A DNA stretch of 64,000 bases from Hyphomonadaceae bacterium (GCA_041398305.1 JAWKUZ010000002.1:231237-295236), one strand, 5' to 3'. Shown: positions 29,315 through 40,810, counted from the stretch's first letter. Notes: generated by a model from the letters alone, not told the origin. Made by a program: numbers and translations.

Positions 29315-30322
29315 GTGAGTACCAAGCACATCGTCGCTCTCCTGAACTCGCACATCGCTGGCGATGACGAGCAGTTCTTGTCGGTTGCGCTACAGGTTGC
29401 CGCGCAAGAGGCACGGAACGGTAGAACGGCGGACGCCGAACGCTTGAAGCAGGCTGTGCAACGTGCTCGCGACGCCGCACGCAATGGGCGAGACTCCGGC
29501 GGCCAGGCTCCCATCCCTTTCGCGCGCCCGAAGAGCGAACTTCAGGGCATCGTCGAAAGCTCGTACCCCAGGCTTGGACTGGAGAGCATGGTGCTCGCGC
29601 CGGAAGTACGCGGCCTCCTTGAGCGCGTAGTCCGGCAGCAAGTTCATCGCGCTACGCTACGCGAGCACGATCATCGACCTGTCACACACATGTTGCTCGT
29701 GGGCGCCCCTGGCACTGGCAAGACGATGACCGCGACCGCAATCGCCGGAGAGCTGCGCCTCCCGCTCTTTCGCGTAAGACTGGATGCCGTGTTCAGCCGC
29801 TATCTTGGCGAAACGGCGGGCAAGCTACGCGCAGTGTTTGATCAAGTTGCACAAACTCGCGGCGTGTACCTCCTCGATGAGTTCGACGCTATCGGATCGA
29901 GCCGAAGCGAAATCAACGACATCGGCGAAATTCGGCGCGTGCTGAACTCAATCCTCGGATTTATGGAAGAGCCCAACTCAACTGACAGCTTGGTTCTAGC
30001 TGCGACCAATCACGTCGAGATACTCGACGAGGCGCTAGCGCGCCGTTTCGACGATGTGGTCGAGTACAACCTTCCAAGCACTCCAGCGGCCCTATCAATC
30101 CTTGAGCGCCGCCTCGGCAAGTATCGACCACCCGCGAAGTCTTGGGCGAAGCTGGGCCCTTGCCTAGACGGTTTGAGCCAGGGCGAACTAGCACGCGCAG
30201 CCGATTCTGTTGTTAAAGATGCAATCCTAGATGGCACACCGAAGGTGTCGCTGCCTGCCCTGCGTGACGCGCTGCAGAACCGACAGGCACTGCGGGGCAA
30301 ATTCCGTCGCACAGAACGTTAG
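29315..30322 (+). CDS. AAA+ ATPase, IetA-like
   Basis: GAPGTGKT, YLGET..KLR.VF, LLDEFDAIG..R...D.GEIRRVLNS, AATNH...D.A..RRFD. Confidence 0.88.
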   Translation: MSTKHIVALLNSHIAGDDEQFLSVALQVAAQEARNGRTADAERLKQAVQRARDAARNGRDSGGQAPIPFARPKSELQGIVESSYPRLGLESMVLAPEVRGLLERVVRQQVHRATLREHDHRPVTHMLLVGAPGTGKTMTATAIAGELRLPLFRVRLDAVFSRYLGETAGKLRAVFDQVAQTRGVYLLDEFDAIGSSRSEINDIGEIRRVLNSILGFMEEPNSTDSLVLAATNHVEILDEALARRFDDVVEYNLPSTPAALSILERRLGKYRPPAKSWAKLGPCLDGLSQGELARAADSVVKDAILDGTPKVSLPALRDALQNRQALRGKFRRTER

Positions 30323-30375
30323 GGACGCGCTCGCTCCCTAGCCGCGAATGGAATTAGCAACCCCGATGGACGTGC

Positions 30376-32934
30376 ATGTCAGACTCAGATGGTTCAGGTA
30401 CTCGGCCGCAGCCGCACATTCGTATCGATAGTTTCCGCGAGCGCACCGCATACGGATACCCGCAACGCAAGCAGTCCAAGAAGCCGCTTCGCGCCGACTA
30501 CGCAGCACACGCCGATTCGCTCTTGGAGCAACTGGCGGCAGCCCTAGGAAGCACGCCCAGCCCAGACACGCGCGTCGCGATACAGGGCCTGAAGAAGGGC
30601 GTGCTTGTGGAAGTGTCCACCATGCAGCCGGCTCCGAACTCGCGATCAAAGGCAATCAAGACACCCACGGCGCTTGAGTACCCCGCGCAAGAAATCGTCC
30701 AGATTAGATCGCAACGGAACGCTGATCGCACTGAGAGCACAATCCTGTTCGTGCCAGATGCGGCGCGAGCATTCCTCCAGACACGCATCAACGAATACAA
30801 GCGCGAGCCAGGAAATCGAGCGCGAGACCATATCGACGAGTTCGAAGCTGTTGAACAGTTTGCTCTCGCGCACTCACGCTCACTTTTCGCCGGCGACATC
30901 GATACGACCTCCACCGAGATTGTCTGGTGGGAACTCTGGCTCAGGGGAGGAAAGCGTCGCGCGGACGGCGTTGTTGAAGCTGCGCGAAGCGCTCACATTG
31001 ATGTACACGACGACCGCCTCTATTTCCCAGACACGACTGTTGTCTTCGTGCACGGCGCCGCTTCCATGATCGCGCAATTCGCCGACCGCGTTCCCGGCGC
31101 AATAAGCGAGATTCGCCGCGCGGTTGGAAACATCGAGCCGTTTTTGGAGCGAACGCTCGGCGGCTTAGCTCCGGCTGATTGGGTTGATGAACTAGCGGAG
31201 AGAGTTTCGCCTCCGCCCATCGACAGCGCGTCCGTTTGCATTCTCGATACCGGAGTAGCGTCCCACCACCCATTGCTCTCGTCGGGCCTCGCGGGGGCTT
31301 GGGCCTTGGACGCAGCGTGGGGAAGCGATGATCACGCTCCTGATGGCGGCCACGGCACTGGCATGGCTAGCCTCGCATTGCTCGGTGATCTAGAGCCGCT
31401 AATGGGCGACACTCGAGCCGTCGAGCTCACGCACAATGTCGAGTCGATGAAACTGCTGCCACCCGGCGGATTTCCACCCACAGAGCCACCGAAGTACGGA
31501 CTCGTGACGCAATCGGCCATCAGCAGCGTTGAAGTCGAACGTCCCAACGTGTTGCGCTCGTTTTGTTTGGCAAGCTCAGCCAATGAGTTTCCGCCATCAC
31601 AGCCGTCAACTTGGAGCGGCGCGCTTGATCAAGCTGCATCCGGAGCAATGCTCGGCGATCGTTCGGATGACGACACCGACGAGATTGCTCCAAAACGCCT
31701 GATCCTTGTCGCCACCGGCAACGTCACCGGCGGGATGATGATCAACGTGATGGACACGCAACCGCTGGAAGACCCCGCGCAAAGTTGGAATTCCGTGTCG
31801 GTGGGAGGGTTCACGCGGAAAGAAAACCTACCCACACCGCCACCATCCTTCACGCCTGTCGTGCAAGCGAACCACCGCAGTCCGTACAGCCGCGGCTCGA
31901 ACATGCTGCCAGATGACCTCACGCCGATAAAACCCGAGGTTCTGTTTGAAGCGGGCAACATGTTGGCTGATGAGACGGGTTACTGCGCATGGAATCCCGC
32001 CGTCTCGCTTCTCGCCGCTGGCTCGGACGTATTGGCGGAGCCGCTCGTTCCCTTTTGGGCAACAAGCGCCGCGACGGGCATGGCTGGGCAGTTTGTGGGG
32101 AGACTGCAAGCGGAGCTCCCAACGCATTGGCCCGAGACGCATCGAGCGCTGATGGTTGATAGCGCACGCTGGCCGCAGCCGATCCGTAGCCGCTTGATCG
32201 GTCGCGGCGCTCACTGGAAGAGCACCTCAAAGGGCGAGAAGCAACGCATTCTGCGCGAGGTGGGATACGGCGTGCCGGAAATTGAACGAGCACTTGCGTC
32301 CGCGCGCAACGACCTCACCCTCGTAGCCGAGGCGGAGATCCAACCATTCATCCTCAGTGAAGACAGCCGAAACGCCGTCTTCAACGAGATGCACTTCTAC
32401 AAACTCCCATGGCCGAAAGAGGCACTCGAAGAGCTCGAGAACGGGATCGTCAAAATGAAAGTGACACTGTCGTACTTCATCGAACCGAACCTAACAGGCC
32501 GAGCATCCACACGTCCTGACACCTATCGATCGTTCGGCCTGCGCTTCGCTATGAAGAAGCGCAACGAAACCGACGCGCGTTTCCGAAGCCGTATCTCTGC
32601 GGCGCAAACCAAAGACCGCACCGAAACTGACGGCGAAAGCGACTATTGGCTGCTGGGACCGAAGGCCATTCAAGCCGGGTCGTTACACTGCGACCTCTGG
32701 CGGGGCCATGCGATCGACCTGGCAATGCACGACGCGATTGCAGTCTATCCCGTTGGCGGCTGGTGGAAATCGCACCTCGGTCAGGAGCGCATGAATGATC
32801 GAGGGCGATACGCGCTAACCGTCTCGATCTCTGCGATTGAACACGACGTCGATTTGTATGCTGAAGTAAAAGCGCTCGTTGATGCGCGCGAACTCGAGAT
32901 CAGCGTGGCGTCAGGTTCGAGCCGCGCTCGATGA
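30376..32934 (+). CDS. Subtilisin-like S8 serine protease, IetS/Y4bN-like
   Basis: Triad ILDTG / HGTGMA / ATSAA, DPAQSWN...VG, KPEV..EAGN, VTLSYFIEPN, YPVGGWWK. Confidence 0.88.
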   Translation: MSDSDGSGTRPQPHIRIDSFRERTAYGYPQRKQSKKPLRADYAAHADSLLEQLAAALGSTPSPDTRVAIQGLKKGVLVEVSTMQPAPNSRSKAIKTPTALEYPAQEIVQIRSQRNADRTESTILFVPDAARAFLQTRINEYKREPGNRARDHIDEFEAVEQFALAHSRSLFAGDIDTTSTEIVWWELWLRGGKRRADGVVEAARSAHIDVHDDRLYFPDTTVVFVHGAASMIAQFADRVPGAISEIRRAVGNIEPFLERTLGGLAPADWVDELAERVSPPPIDSASVCILDTGVASHHPLLSSGLAGAWALDAAWGSDDHAPDGGHGTGMASLALLGDLEPLMGDTRAVELTHNVESMKLLPPGGFPPTEPPKYGLVTQSAISSVEVERPNVLRSFCLASSANEFPPSQPSTWSGALDQAASGAMLGDRSDDDTDEIAPKRLILVATGNVTGGMMINVMDTQPLEDPAQSWNSVSVGGFTRKENLPTPPPSFTPVVQANHRSPYSRGSNMLPDDLTPIKPEVLFEAGNMLADETGYCAWNPAVSLLAAGSDVLAEPLVPFWATSAATGMAGQFVGRLQAELPTHWPETHRALMVDSARWPQPIRSRLIGRGAHWKSTSKGEKQRILREVGYGVPEIERALASARNDLTLVAEAEIQPFILSEDSRNAVFNEMHFYKLPWPKEALEELENGIVKMKVTLSYFIEPNLTGRASTRPDTYRSFGLRFAMKKRNETDARFRSRISAAQTKDRTETDGESDYWLLGPKAIQAGSLHCDLWRGHAIDLAMHDAIAVYPVGGWWKSHLGQERMNDRGRYALTVSISAIEHDVDLYAEVKALVDARELEISVASGSSRAR

Positions 32935-33001
32935 TCGCGGCCAACGCGCTTACGAAACACGCAAGCGATGACACCCGATAGCGCCTGATTTCGCGACCTC
33001 G

Positions 33002-33023
33002 TTTGGGGTACAATTTGGGGTAC
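33002..33023. repeat. Tandem TTTGGGGTAC repeats, candidate integrase arm-type sites
   Basis: Two exact 10-mers (33002-11, 33014-23) ~65 bp inside the att at the tRNA. Confidence 0.55.
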
Positions 33024-33088
33024 CCGCCAATAGTCGGCCTAGGGTGTCGGCTTAGTGTTTGTTTTTATTCGATTTTTTTGGCTGAATC

Positions 33089-33178
33089 TGGCGGACAGAG
33101 AGGGATTCGAACCCTCGATGGGCTTGCACCCATACACGCGTTCCAGGCGTGCGCCTTCAACCACTCGGCCACCTGTCC
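33089..33178 (-). tRNA. tRNA-Ser(GGA)
   Basis: GGACAGGTGGCCGAGTGG...CTGGAAC...long variable arm...GGTTCGAATCC...CCA, 90 nt. Confidence 0.97.
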
Positions 33179-33368
33179 GTCCGGCGGCGGTTTATGGCTG
33201 GCGCCGCCCTCGCGCGCAACCCGCGTAACCGCAACCTCAGGACCAGCGTAACCATTCCTGCACCGCTGCCCGCGCCCTCCTCCTCCCCGGAGACCGCCCG
33301 CGCCCCCGCAAAGGGGTGCGCGCGGCGCGGCGGCGACCTACATTCAAGTCAACGCAAGCGAGGTTCTC

Positions 33369-34010
33369 ATGGCCCGATCGCAAATCATGCCCAGCGCCGA
33401 CCAAATCCTCCCCGGCCGGCCCAATCCGATCCCCACGTCCGCCACCCATTTCGTCAACGGCAATCCGTTGAAGCCGCCGTTTCCGGCGGACCTCAAGGAG
33501 GCCATTTTCGGGCTCGGTTGTTTCTGGGGCGCGGAACGCAAGTTCTGGCAGACCCCAGGCGTGTGGAGCACATCGTCCGGCTATGCTGGCGGCACAACGC
33601 CAAACCCGACTTACGAAGAAGTGTGTTCCGGCCGAACCGGGCACACCGAAGTCGTGCGTGTGATCTTTGATCCCAAACAGGTCAGCTACGAGCAATTGCT
33701 CAAGATCTTTTTCGAGAGCCACGACCCGACCCAAGGCATGCGCCAGGGCGGCGACGTTGGCACGCAATATCGTTCCGCTATCTACACGACCTCGGACGCG
33801 CAAAAGCGCGCGGCCGATGCGGCGCTGAAGGCCTACGGCGAAAAGCTGAGTGCGGCGGGCTTTGCAGCGATCACTACGGAACTTCGCGAAGCGCCCGAGT
33901 TCTTCTACGCTGAGGACTACCACCAGCAATACTTGGCTAAGAACCCCAATGGTTATTGCGGCATTGGAGGAACTGGCGTGACCTGTCCTATCGGACTCAA
34001 CGTCTCCTAG
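33369..34010 (+). CDS. msrA: Peptide-methionine (S)-S-oxide reductase
   Basis: GCFWG, GY.GG...[39 protein letters not shown]. Confidence 0.96.
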   Translation: MARSQIMPSADQILPGRPNPIPTSATHFVNGNPLKPPFPADLKEAIFGLGCFWGAERKFWQTPGVWSTSSGYAGGTTPNPTYEEVCSGRTGHTEVVRVIFDPKQVSYEQLLKIFFESHDPTQGMRQGGDVGTQYRSAIYTTSDAQKRAADAALKAYGEKLSAAGFAAITTELREAPEFFYAEDYHQQYLAKNPNGYCGIGGTGVTCPIGLNVS

Positions 34011-34109
34011 GGGCATTACCTAAGGCGCCCAAAAGGAAATGAAGTAGAGACGCGTTCATCGGCGTCATGGTAATGATCGCTACAACATTAAGCGAATCGC
34101 CTGACGCCG

Positions 34110-34502
34110 ATGACGACACGCTCACGTCTTTGCTTGATTGACGACGACATCTTTGTCCGAGATGCGATGGCGCTTGGACTTAGCGACGCCGGGTTCGAGG
34201 TGATCACCGCACCTGGCGCGGCCGCCGGTTTCGACATTGCCAGCCGCGAAACCATCCACGCCATAATCACCGACATGAACATGCCAGGCGCTGGTGGCGC
34301 GCAATTCATCCCAGAAGCGCGCGCGCGATGGCCGGACATGCCGATCATCGCCATATCCGGCGCGCCGACGATTGACGGGCGCAATACGGCCGATGTCGCG
34401 CGCGAGCTCGGCGCAGATGCGACTTTGATCAAACCTTTCCGCGCACGCGAACTCGCGGCGTTGATTGATCACGTGCTCGGCGCGCGCAGGCCGCCCGCGT
34501 GA
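34110..34502 (+). CDS. Single-domain response regulator
   Basis: LIDDD, TDMNMP, IIAISG, KPF. Confidence 0.88.
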   Translation: MTTRSRLCLIDDDIFVRDAMALGLSDAGFEVITAPGAAAGFDIASRETIHAIITDMNMPGAGGAQFIPEARARWPDMPIIAISGAPTIDGRNTADVARELGADATLIKPFRARELAALIDHVLGARRPPA

Positions 34503-36415
34503 CGATGTATGCGAGCCACGAGCAGTCGCGGCTGCGTGCCGTTGTTGATACTGCCGTCGACGGAGTCATTCTGATCAACGCCCAGGGCGTGATCTTGATG
34601 TTCAACCCGGCGTGCGAACGGCTCTTCGGATACGCGCCGTTTGAGGTCATCGGCCGAAACGTAAAGATGCTGATGCCGGAGCCCTATCGCGGCGGTCACG
34701 ACGCGTTTCTGCTCAACTATCTGGAAACGGGCGAGCGCAAGATCATTGGCATTGGCCGGGAAGTGCTTGGCCTGCGGCGCACCGGCGCGACGTTTCCAAT
34801 GGATCTATCCGTTGCCCAAGCGGAGGAAGACGGGCAGCCGATCTTTGTTGGCATCATTCGAGACCTCACGGAACGCAAGGCGGCCGAAACGGCATTGCGC
34901 GAAGGCGCCGAGCGTTTTCGCGCCGTTGTCGAAACCGCCGTCGATGGAGTGATTCTGATCGACTCGCGCGGGCGCGTGCAGATGTTCAACCCCGCTTGCG
35001 AACGCCTCTTCGGCTACAACGCCGAAGATGTGATCGGCGAAAACGTGCGCATGCTGATGCCACCGCCCTATCGCGCCGAGCACGATGGCTACATCGCCAA
35101 CTACAACGAGACGCGAATCGCCAAAATCATCGGCAAGGGCCGAGAAGTCACCGGCCTGCGCAAAGACGGCACCAGTTTTCCGATGGATCTCTCGGTCGGC
35201 GAAGCGAAGCAGGAAGGTGAGTCCATTTTCGTCGGCATCATCCACGATCTCACCGGCCGCAAGCGCACCGAACAGCAACTCGTGCAGGCGCAGAAGATGG
35301 AAACCGTCGGGCACCTTTCCGGCGGCATCGCGCACGACTTCAACAATCTGCTGACTGTGATCCTCGGCAACGCCGAAGCGCTCGGCCTCCGGCTCAAGGC
35401 ACGCGATGACTTGCGGCAACTTGCGGACACAATCGTGCTCGCCGCCGAACGTGGCGCCCAACTCACGCGCGCGCTACTCGCCTTCAGCCGCCGCCAAGTG
35501 CTGCAGCCTTCCGCGATTGACTGCAATCTGCTTGTCGAAAGCATGGGTATGCTGCTTCGGCGCACACTGCGCGAAGATATCATGCTAAATGTCGTGGCCT
35601 CGCCCACGCCGGTCTACGCGCTCGCCGACCCGGCGCAGCTTGAGTCTGCGTTGCTCAACCTTTCGCTGAACGCTCAAGACGCCATGCCTGACGGGGGTAC
35701 GCTCACTTTCACGACGACAGAAGTAACATTAGACGCCACCTCCTTTCCCCGCGACGCAGTGCAAGCCGGCGATTACGTCGCCATCATCGTCACCGACAAC
35801 GGCTCGGGCATGTCGGCCGATGTCGTTGAACGCGCCTTTGAGCCGTTCTTCACCACCAAGGAAGTCGGCAAAGGATCCGGTCTTGGCCTCTCCATGGTCT
35901 ATGGTTTCGCCAAGCAGTCGAATGGCCACGTGAACATCTACTCCGAACCCGGCCTCGGAACGAGCGTGCGTCTCTATCTCCCGCTTGTGAGTGAAGGCGA
36001 TGCGCCGGTGCGCACTCGTAGCGACGAGCGCGCCGTTGGCGGACATGAGCGCGTGCTGGTCGTCGAAGACGACGAGTTTGTGCGTAGTCACGCAATCTCG
36101 TCACTCGAAGGAATCGGTTATCGCGTCATCGTCGCGCGCGATGGCCCCGAAGCCATGTCGCTTCTCCGCGGCGGCGCCGAGATCGACCTTCTATTCACGG
36201 ATATCGTCATGCCCGGCGGCATGAATGGCTGGGAAGTCGCCGCCTCTGCACGCGAACTTAATCCAAAACTCAAAGTGCTGTTCACATCGGGCTATCCGCT
36301 CGAAGCGCTTTCAAGTCACGGCCAAGCCGATCTGGCAGCGCCGATATTGAGCAAGCCCTATCGCATCGCGGAATTGGCGAAGCGGGTACGTGAAGTCTTG
36401 GACGCGCCGGTCTAG
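34499..36415 (+). CDS. Hybrid histidine kinase with two FixL-like PAS domains and a receiver domain
   Basis: Two MP.PYR..HD..+...T....IIG.GRE PAS repeats, [31 protein letters not shown]. Confidence 0.9.
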   Translation: MTMYASHEQSRLRAVVDTAVDGVILINAQGVILMFNPACERLFGYAPFEVIGRNVKMLMPEPYRGGHDAFLLNYLETGERKIIGIGREVLGLRRTGATFPMDLSVAQAEEDGQPIFVGIIRDLTERKAAETALREGAERFRAVVETAVDGVILIDSRGRVQMFNPACERLFGYNAEDVIGENVRMLMPPPYRAEHDGYIANYNETRIAKIIGKGREVTGLRKDGTSFPMDLSVGEAKQEGESIFVGIIHDLTGRKRTEQQLVQAQKMETVGHLSGGIAHDFNNLLTVILGNAEALGLRLKARDDLRQLADTIVLAAERGAQLTRALLAFSRRQVLQPSAIDCNLLVESMGMLLRRTLREDIMLNVVASPTPVYALADPAQLESALLNLSLNAQDAMPDGGTLTFTTTEVTLDATSFPRDAVQAGDYVAIIVTDNGSGMSADVVERAFEPFFTTKEVGKGSGLGLSMVYGFAKQSNGHVNIYSEPGLGTSVRLYLPLVSEGDAPVRTRSDERAVGGHERVLVVEDDEFVRSHAISSLEGIGYRVIVARDGPEAMSLLRGGAEIDLLFTDIVMPGGMNGWEVAASARELNPKLKVLFTSGYPLEALSSHGQADLAAPILSKPYRIAELAKRVREVLDAPV

Positions 36416-37530
36416 CCGGGCCAGCGCAGGCCAACGCGACGGCGTTGCTGCAAGGTCTGCTCGGCGCGTTGCAGCGCCCGCAGCGCCACTTCCGCCTGCT
36501 GCAGTGAATCCGTCGAACGCAACGCGTCCATCGCGAGACGAAGGCGCGATGCGCCTTCTTCCAGCTTGTCGCGTGCACCTTCGCGCTCACCAAGCGCCGT
36601 CAGCGCGCGGCCAATCTCTTGCTGCGCAGCGCCCCACGAAATCGGATCCGTCGAGCGATCGACGGCGTCGAGGTAACGCTGGCGCGCATCGAGCGCCTTC
36701 GAGAGCCACTTGATGTGTCCGCCGCGCTCGCCAAGGCTCAGTGCGCCCGAAGCGAAATCCGAGAGGATGTCGAGATAGAGATTCTCACTGATCTCAACAG
36801 GACGCAGATCAACGAGCTTGTCCAAGCTTTCGACGATCGGCTGCAGACGCTCAGGCTTATAGTCTTGCGGCCGATGCAGAACAGGACGCGCTTTACGCGC
36901 AAGCGCGAACGCCAGCGCGCGTTGAACCGCTTCATCCGGACGGCCGACTTTCCAACCGAGTTGGAAGTCCTGAACTTCGTGCGTGCGGCCATAGCCGGGA
37001 AGTGTCGTGATACGCAGATCAATCTTGCCGGTAAGCGTGCGCTTGCCCCAGACGATCACGTCCGCGGCCGAGCGTTCCAACGCTTCGCCTGCTTCGACAG
37101 CGATACGGCGGCGCGTCTCGGGATGAGCACGCGCGGCGACAGTCTTTAGTTTGATCGGGAAGAGATCGACTTGCACGTCCTGTTCAAATGAGAACATGCC
37201 GAAATTGTCTTCGATCGCTTCCTTCATCTCCTGGCGCAGCAATCCGCCGCCGCCTTCGATCTCAGCGATGAGCACCAGCGCGCGATGATCCTTCGTGCGC
37301 TTCAGCGCCTGCCCGCGCAGGGCCATGCGCGCCATCGAGCTCGCCTTCCCCATGCCGGTGAGCATCCAAAACGCGGCGACGAGCACTGCGGCGAGGAAGA
37401 TCGACGAGAAGAACATGAACACGTCGGGCTGATGCACGAACGCGTCCTGAAACTCGCGGGGCAACAACCGCATGACGCGGGACGCCAGCTCGGGCGCGAA
37501 CGCTGCAGCGGTTGCTGTAAAATTAACCAT
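36412..37530 (-). CDS. Hypothetical membrane-anchored protein with TPR-like C-terminus
   Basis: Single TM segment; helical WG.AQ..IG.AL..LGERE repeat. Confidence 0.65.
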   Translation of the reverse strand: MVNFTATAAAFAPELASRVMRLLPREFQDAFVHQPDVFMFFSSIFLAAVLVAAFWMLTGMGKASSMARMALRGQALKRTKDHRALVLIAEIEGGGGLLRQEMKEAIEDNFGMFSFEQDVQVDLFPIKLKTVAARAHPETRRRIAVEAGEALERSAADVIVWGKRTLTGKIDLRITTLPGYGRTHEVQDFQLGWKVGRPDEAVQRALAFALARKARPVLHRPQDYKPERLQPIVESLDKLVDLRPVEISENLYLDILSDFASGALSLGERGGHIKWLSKALDARQRYLDAVDRSTDPISWGAAQQEIGRALTALGEREGARDKLEEGASRLRLAMDALRSTDSLQQAEVALRALQRAEQTLQQRRRVGLRWPG

Positions 37531-37649
37531 TTAGCGTCCGTCAGTCCCCGCCCGAAGAGATCAGCCATAGCCTGCCGCAGAGCGGCGCACAACGGCTTGC
37601 GGCGCCTTACGGCGCCACAAGACCTGCCTCCCCGCTCTTAGGAAAAGCC

Positions 37650-38315
37650 CTAGTTGCCCCGCTGCTTGGCAGCCTCAAGGGCTTGATTCATGGCCTCGCC
37701 CATGTTGCCCAAATCCATCGCCTGGACGCCATCCGGCAACCTGAACAAGGCGGCGTCTTGCGAGCCGCGCTGGACGCTCGTCGTTTCCCACGCGACGCGG
37801 CCGTCATCTGTTGCGCGCAGGATGATGCCGTCCTGGGTTACGCACACCGTATCGGTGCCGTCTTCCGGGGTGGTCTTGGTCCACTCCGCGCCGGTCTCAC
37901 CGGCAACAGAGCAATTGCCCGTCCGCGTTGCGCTTTCGGCTAAGTCACCCTGCCATTCGTCAACCGGATTGTTTACGCCGCCCTGATTGAGACCAGAGGC
38001 GCGGATCGCAAATTGACGCCCGCCTTGAGTGCTAATGATGTAGCTCTCTCCGGTGTCGCCATTGGTGATCAAGGTCGACGCGCTGCCGGCGGCATTGAAC
38101 TCCATGCGCATGTTCCGGCCGTCGCGGATCATGACGATCGGCATGGTCGTGCCGTCCTCGCTGGTCAGCGTCGCTTCGGCCCGATACGCAGAGCCGTTCA
38201 AGTCCGGAAACAGCCCGCCACCGCCGCCATTGTCGGCGCTTTGCGCACCCGGCGCGGACGGATTGCACGCTGCAAGAGCGCAAACGGAAATCACTGCCAG
38301 AAGTGCGCGGCGCAT
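37650..38315 (-). CDS. Lipoprotein (DUF4412-like)
   Basis: Lipobox LAAC; VAGE...W, C.T.DGI.LR, LF..P.G. Confidence 0.65.
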   Translation of the reverse strand: MRRALLAVISVCALAACNPSAPGAQSADNGGGGGLFPDLNGSAYRAEATLTSEDGTTMPIVMIRDGRNMRMEFNAAGSASTLITNGDTGESYIISTQGGRQFAIRASGLNQGGVNNPVDEWQGDLAESATRTGNCSVAGETGAEWTKTTPEDGTDTVCVTQDGIILRATDDGRVAWETTSVQRGSQDAALFRLPDGVQAMDLGNMGEAMNQALEAAKQRGN

Positions 38316-38561
38316 TAGGCCTCTCCCCTTTAATCGACGCCGCCGTGGTAGCAGGCGGGAGGAGGCTCCGAAACCCCGTTTGATGCTGCAACCGCGTCGC
38401 TTGAAGACGGAACTCATTCCCGAATAAGCGGCCGTTCGTCGCAAATCGGCGCCCTCTGGGCAGGCGGGCGCCACCCGGCCTTGCTACTACTGGCCCTAAC
38501 CGGCCAAAATCGCCCTCAACGCCGCCCGCCAGATCGGGCCGTTCTCATTTTTGGGGGTTCC

Positions 38562-40788
38562 ATGAAAAAGCATCTTCTCGCCGTTTGCCTCGCCGCAAGC
38601 GTGCCTATGCTCGCCGCCTGCGCCACGACTGGTGCGGAAACGGCGTCATCCAGCTTCGGCAATGCCGCCGCCTATCAACAAGCGCAAACCGACGTGCAAA
38701 CACTCACTGCCCAAGCCAACCAAGATCCGCTGCTGAAGCCATGGACCGGCCCGCATGGCGGCGTGCCACCGTGGGATCAAGCGCGCGCGGAGCTCATCGC
38801 GCCGGCTCTCGATCTCGGCATCCGCCTGCAGGAAGCCGAAGTGCAGACCATCGCCAACAACCCGGAGCGCCCGACGTTCGACAACACCATCGGCGCCATG
38901 CAGGACTCTGGCCGTCACCTCGACCGCGCCACGACCATCTTTGGCGTGATGACCGACAATATCAGCAACGAGCAGATCCAAGCTGTCGAAGCAGAATGGT
39001 CGCCGCGTCTCACTGCCGCCTACAACGCCATCACCTTCAACCGCGCGCTCTTCAATCGCATTCACGACCTCTACGAGCGCCGCGCCTCGCTTGGCCTCAA
39101 CGCGCACCAAATGCGTTTGCTGGAGCGCACGCACGACCAATTCGTGCGCGCGGGCGCTGCTGCGACGCCGGTGCAACAAGCACGCCTCGGCGCTATCAAC
39201 GAGGAACTTTCCTCGAAGTACGCCGACTTCGGCCGCCGCCTGCTGGCTGACGAGAACACCGCCATTTTCATTACCAACCGCCGTGATCTTGCCGGCCTGC
39301 CGCCGAACATCGTCGAGCAATTGGCTGCCGCAGCCGCTGAGCGCGGACACCCGGGGCAATGGGCCGTCGTCAACACGCGCTCTAGCGTCGATCCGTTCCT
39401 GACCTTTGCGTCAAACCGCGCGCTGCGCGAACGCGTCTATACTGCCTTTAAGAACCGCGGCGACAACGGCGACGCGAACGACACAAACCAAGTTATCGCT
39501 GACATCCTGCGCCTGCGCGCCGAACGCGCGCAGATCTTGGGCTTCCAAAACCATGCGTTCCTGCGCATGGCCGACACGATGGCCGGCACGCCGGAACGTG
39601 CCCAAGACCTGATGATGCGCGTCTGGCCTGCCGCCGTTGCGCGCGTGCATGAGGAAGTGCGCGACATGCAGGCGATTGCCGACCGCCAGCGCGCCAACAT
39701 CACGATCGAGCCGTGGGACTACAATTACTACGCCGAGCAAGTCCGCCGCGACCGCTACAACCTCGACCAGAACGAGCTCCGCCCCTACTTCGAGCTCAAT
39801 CACATGATCGAAGCGTCGCAATACATGGCGCACGAACTCTATGGCCTGTCGTTCCGTGAAATTACCGGCACCGTGCCGGTGTTCGAGCCGAGCGTGCGCG
39901 TGTGGGAAGTCACCGATCGTGACGGCTCCTTCCGTGGCCTCTTCTACGGTGATTACTTTGCTCGCGCCGGCAAGCGCTCAGGCGCGTGGATGAACACCTA
40001 TCGTTCGCACGAGACCTTCACCGGCACGACGATCACGACGCTTGCCTCGAACAACAATAACTTCGTGCATGGCGCCAACGGCTAACCGGTTCTGATTTCG
40101 TTGGACGATGCCGAAGCAGCTCTTCCACGAATTCGGCCACGCCATTCACTACCTTGTCTCTGAAGTCGATTATCCGGGTCTCGGCAACGTGCCGCGCGAC
40201 TACGTCGAATATCCGAGCCAGGTACACGAGCACTGGGTGCTCTCGCGTCCGATCCTCGATCAGTTCGCGCGCCACTACCAAACCAACCAGCCGATGCCGC
40301 AGGCGTTGGTTGATCGCGTCCACAATGCGTCGACCTTCAACCAAGGCTACGCCACGGTTGAGTATCTCTCCTCGGCCCTGGTCGACATGTCGCTCCACAA
40401 TCGCGCTGAGCCAATTACGGACGTCGACGCGTTCGAGCGCGAAACGCTGGCCTCACTCGGCATGCCGCATGAAATCCAGATGCGTCACCGCCTACCGCAG
40501 TTCGGCCACTTGTTCTCCAGCGACGCCTACTCGGCCGGCTACTATTCGTACCTCTGGTCAGAGACGATGGACGCCGACACCTGGGAAATGTTCGAAGCCA
40601 CCGGCAACGTCTTCGATCCGACGGTCGCTGCTGGAATGCGCAACATCATCCTGGCGCCAGGCAACATGACCGATCGCGCGGAAGCCTATCGCCAATTCCG
40701 CGGCCGCGATCCGGACGTGAACGCGCTGCTGCGCACCCGTGGCTTCCCGACGAGCGACGGCGCCGGCTCACGTGGCGGCAGCAACTAA
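38562..40788 (+). pseudogene. M3-family metallopeptidase (Dcp-like) lipoprotein, interrupted by TAA at 40083-85 and a frameshift near 40115
   Basis: R.GKRSGAWM, LFHEFGHA.H, D.VE.PSQ..E, Y.AGYYSYLW, FRGRDP. Confidence 0.85.
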
Positions 40789-40810
40789 GCCAAAATCCAA
40801 ACGCATTTGT

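Larger units (their letters stand above)
11136..33103. mobile_element. ~22 kb genomic island integrated at tRNA-Ser(GGA)
   Basis: 17-bp flanking direct repeats; tyrosine integrase, xis-like, VapE, ArdC, defence and metal-resistance cargo. Confidence 0.85.

Noticed and set aside
24402-32934. Prophage
   Set aside because: No structural, packaging or lysis genes.
34520-35270. Internal DNA duplication as a mobile repeat
   Set aside because: Corresponds to the two tandem PAS domains of the kinase.
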